Shown here one piece after another: positions 51,357-54,712 of a stretch of DNA of 54,712 nt. The stretch covers positions 11,093,307-11,148,018 of the forward strand of contig NC_057718.1 of the NCBI RefSeq assembly GCF_004010195.1, given 5' to 3'. The position numbers and the translations under genes are program-made. Position 1 is the first letter of the stretch. Each line of letters begins with the position of its first letter. The notes beneath the pieces were generated by a model, which worked only from the letters and a program-made list of their open reading frames with translations, searched no databases and was not told the origin of the DNA. Source of the stretch: Chiloscyllium plagiosum. Lineage: Eukaryota.

Positions 51357-52669
51357 AGTCATCTGTCAGGGACTTCAATACACACCTCTGGAGTTAGGCG
51401 GGTCCACAACCCGGTCTCCCACCCCAGTTCTGAGGAAGGGTCACTGGACCCGACACGTTGCCTCTTGATTTCTCTCCACAGATGCTGCCAGACCTGCTGA
51501 GCTTTTCCAGCAATTTCTAGTTGTCTCCCACTTCAGAGGCAGGGAGTTACTACTGTGTCACAAGAATTTGCTTCTTTTTAAAAAAGGTTGTTTTCCAAAG
51601 TTTGCATATAATTCCCACAATGCGATCTCTGATATGTAAACTTATTTACATGTATGGAATATTTACGCATTTAAGGATTATTCCAAAAACAGTTACAAAC
51701 ATATTCACATTTAATGTGTCTGGAAGAATTATTTACAACTACAATATTTACTAGTCATGTTTCAGAATTTTACAAACATTTTCTCTGTTAATATTTTTCC
51801 ACGTCTTCGAGTTAAAATGTCACGGTTTTGTATTTACAGGGGACATGATTATATTTAAAAGTTATAGCAATATATTTGAGTTACATGCATTCAAATACAC
51901 AAGAGTTTACAGTAAAGTCTTGATGAATTGGGATTTTTCACGGCCAATTGGATCCCCATGATCTGTGTGCACATTAAGCGTCAATCCACATTGTAACTGG
52001 GATACACACCCCTGCCTGGCTTTCTACAGGTCGTCTGTCTGTATTTAAAATATCAACAACTCGTCAACTAAGTGTGAAAACTAGGCAGGTTGTTCCCGGG
52101 ACCAACTCCCTGTTTTGTGACAAATTCTCTCTCTCTCTCTCTCTCTCTGACTGGACTGCCGCTGAGGACACATACAATGCAGATGTGAATTCCTCTCGAA
52201 TCCTCTCCCCTCCCTCCCTCCAACCCCCCGAGGGGCCGTCTCGACTTGTTCCTGGGGCCCGCTGCCAAACGCCAAATAGCCTTTGCATATTTCGAGATTG
52301 CCTTCTGCTGAAAAGACAGACTTACATTTGTATAACGCCTTCAGCACTTCCTCCCTCTCCCCTCTTTTCTCCCCACCCCCCCCCCCCAAAAAAAACCCAA
52401 GGAACTTTACAGCCACTTTCCAGGGGATGCAGTGGCAGTTGTAAAAGTGGGAAACAGCCGGATTGTGCACAGCAAGATCCCATAAGCAAAAATAAAATTC
52501 TGATTGCCTGAATTGGTGGCGTTGGTCAGGTGATAAATATTAGCCAAGAGGATAACTGCCCTTCAAAATACATATGAATATACAGGTTAGGAACAGAAAT
52601 AAGCCATTCGGCCTTCTTCAGCTGCTCTCCCATTTAATAGCTGATTGACAGTGGCCTCTCTAGACCACA

Positions 52670-53719
52670 CCATTCGGTCCTTGGATATGATCATGGCTGA
52701 TCTATCCGAACACCATATTCACTTTCTTCCTAGACCCCTTGAAACCTTTAAAATCTGAAAACTTACCTTGCTAAACAGGTGGTGAAACTAGCATCAATTG
52801 TAACATAAGACCAAAAGAAATTGGAACAGGAGTAGGCCATTTGGCCCCTCGAGCCTGAGCGAAGGAAGTCTGTGCTTACCTGGTCTGAATTACATATGAC
52901 TCCAGACCCACAGAAATGAGCCTTGACTCTCATTGCCCTTTCAAAATGGCTGTGCAGGCCACTCCGTTCAAGGGAAGTAGGGGCCAGGGACACATCCCAT
53001 AAAGGAATAATGATAAACAAAGTTAGTTTGGGGTCTTTAAAGGTATCAAGAAGTATAGGACGAAAGCGTGCTGAACTGTCGGAGGTGCCACTTTTTGGTT
53101 GCGATGGTAAAACAGTTTTCCTTATGAAGAGCTTAAGCTTGAAAGGTCGAACTCTCCTGCTCCTCTGTTGCCTGACTGGCTGTGCTTTTCCAGTGCCACA
53201 CTTTTTGACTCTGACTCTGACTCTCCAATATCTCCAAGTCCTCACTCTCTCCGTGTGGCCTCAATCTTACCTCCTGATGCCATGGGATCACCAAGCTCTG
53301 ACTAAGAGGGTAGTCGGGACTCTGGTTTACCACTGCAACTGAAAGGTGGCACCTCTGACAGTGCAGCACGTTCAGTGTGGTGTAAGGAGATGCCAAACTA
53401 ACTTTGTTTATCATTATTCCTTTATGGGATGTGTTCCTGGCCCCTACTTCCCTTGAACTGAGTGGCCTGCTCAGCCATTTTGAAAGGGCAATGAGAGTCA
53501 AGTCGCATTTCTGTCTGTCAAGACCAGGTAAGGACAGCAGACTTCCTTCACTCAGGCTCAATGGGTCGAATGGCCTACTCTTGTTCCTATTTGTTGTGGT
53601 CTTATGTTACAATTGAAGCTAATTTCACCACCTGTTAGCTTGGTAAATTTTTTGATTTTAAGGGTGTCAAGGGGTATGGGGAGAAAGATCAGCCATGATC
53701 ATGTTAAAGGGCTGAATGG
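52670..53719. repeat. Diverged composite inverted duplication (arms ~52670-53133 and ~53293-53719) centred on a PLE end fragment
   Basis: For example cacatcccataaaggaataatgataaacaaagttagtttgg versus ccaaactaactttgtttatcattattcctttatgggatgtg; the arms share junctions between unrelated repeat fragments. Confidence 0.85.
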
Positions 53720-53743
53720 TCTTGTCTTGTTTCTGTTAATGGA

Positions 53744-54078
53744 CGGCATGGTGGCTCAGTGGTTAGCACTGCTGCCTCACAGCGCCAGGGACCCGGGTTT
53801 GATTCCAGCCTCGGGCAACTGTCTGTGTGGAGTTTGCACATTCTCCCCGTGTCTGCGTGGGTTTCCTCCAGGTGCTCCGGTTTCCTCCCACAATCCAAAG
53901 ATGTACAGTTTAGGTGAATTGGTCATGCTAAATTGCCCAGTGTTCAGGGCTGTGTAGGTTAAGTGCATTAGTCAGGAGTAAAGGTCGGGGAATGGGTCTG
54001 GATGGGTTACTCTTCAGAGGGTCGGTGTGGTCTTGTTGGGCCGAAGGGCCTGTTTCTTTCCTGTACAGATTCTAATCT
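53744..54078 (+). mobile_element. Full-length V-SINE (HE1-like)
   Basis: ggcatggtggctcagtggttagcactgctgcctcacagcgccagggacccgggtttgattcc head, V-domain and CR1-like tail. Confidence 0.92.
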
Positions 54079-54679
54079 ACTAATATAATAATCCAGATTC
54101 TTCTTAACTAAATTTAATTCCAGCAGTGGGCACCGATCACTGAGATCATGATTCTAATTGCAGCTTGATTCATTGTTTAAATTCAAGTGGTGGCATTTGA
54201 CCCCATGTGCCAGCAGCATTGGCCTGTGCCTGTGGCTCACCAGCCCAGCTGCATTACCACGGCACTGTCTGAGGAAACTGAAATGCAGAGAGTAGGAGCA
54301 TTGTTTCAAAGCATTTTGGGAGGTGGGCTGGCCATTGATTGATTGAAAGGCACTTTTCACATTAGACCAGAAGATAAGATAAGATAAGATAAAGATGTTA
54401 AGGAAATCAAACAGAGGAGGAAATCCTCTTTGAGAAGAATGTGGCATTGAAGAGGAGGGAGTGACCATGGTAAATATCAGTCCTACCTGTTAATTAAAGG
54501 CAGACAGGGAACAATTGACTTTACGTCAAATCCTCCTCCTTGACAAGGTCTGTCTGACTAAAATGCTATGGGTTGATAATGGTATGTTTCCAGTTGGTAA
54601 GGCCTCCTATTCATAAAGAAATCAGTGTGACTGGCTTCAAAAAGATATCATTACCCCTTTGTTCCAACTTCATAGGTCG

Positions 54680-54712
54680 CTCTCCCTCTCTCTCTCTCTC
54701 TCTCTCTCTGTC
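54680..54712. repeat. (CT)n microsatellite
   Basis: Directly visible. Confidence 0.85.

Noticed and set aside
52022..52511. Possible DACT exon 2 (acceptor tttctacag at ~52029, ORF 52074-52511)
   Set aside because: No frame gives the expected DACT exon-2 sequence (RLR.QD.GL..HL.QLD.QIS.L); the region includes a CT microsatellite and SINE remnants.
53744..53815. tRNA-like sequences with A and B boxes (also near 46579, 41500, 51300 and 38710)
   Set aside because: These are tRNA-derived SINE heads continuing into the V-domain, not tRNA genes.

Overview
Eukaryotic (vertebrate) genomic DNA, almost certainly a shark or other cartilaginous fish, inferred from the dense HE1-type V-SINEs, HER1/CR1 LINE 3' ends, Deu-type SINEs and Penelope-like elements (PLEs). 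Three spliced genes are recoverable by hand. (1) The 3' part of MAP3K21/MLK4 on the + strand: 7 recognisable coding exons from 3462 to 23304. Its leucine-zipper and CRIB exons are absent and most likely fall in the 500-N gap; the 3' UTR probably runs to ~30.2 kb. (2) A complete 4-exon MAP1LC3C-like (ATG8 family) gene on the - strand (39895 to 34654, 153 aa), whose 30-aa tail after the ATG4-cleavable glycine contains a transmembrane-like hydrophobic stretch. (3) The first coding exon of a DACT (Dapper, probably DACT2) gene on the + strand (50564-50809). Most other ORFs in the track are repeat remnants or chance ORFs. Highlights: a possible tail-anchored LC3 precursor; the MAP3K21-LC3C-like-DACT linkage; long inverted duplications of host DNA associated with PLE ends, including a near-perfect 625-bp one abutting the DACT promoter; a well-formed minimal hammerhead ribozyme in sense orientation in a MAP3K21 intron; a candidate 81-nt cassette exon; and a ~275-bp-arm hairpin in the putative MAP3K21 3' UTR. 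Gene identities rest on my recall of vertebrate protein sequences; no database searches were run.
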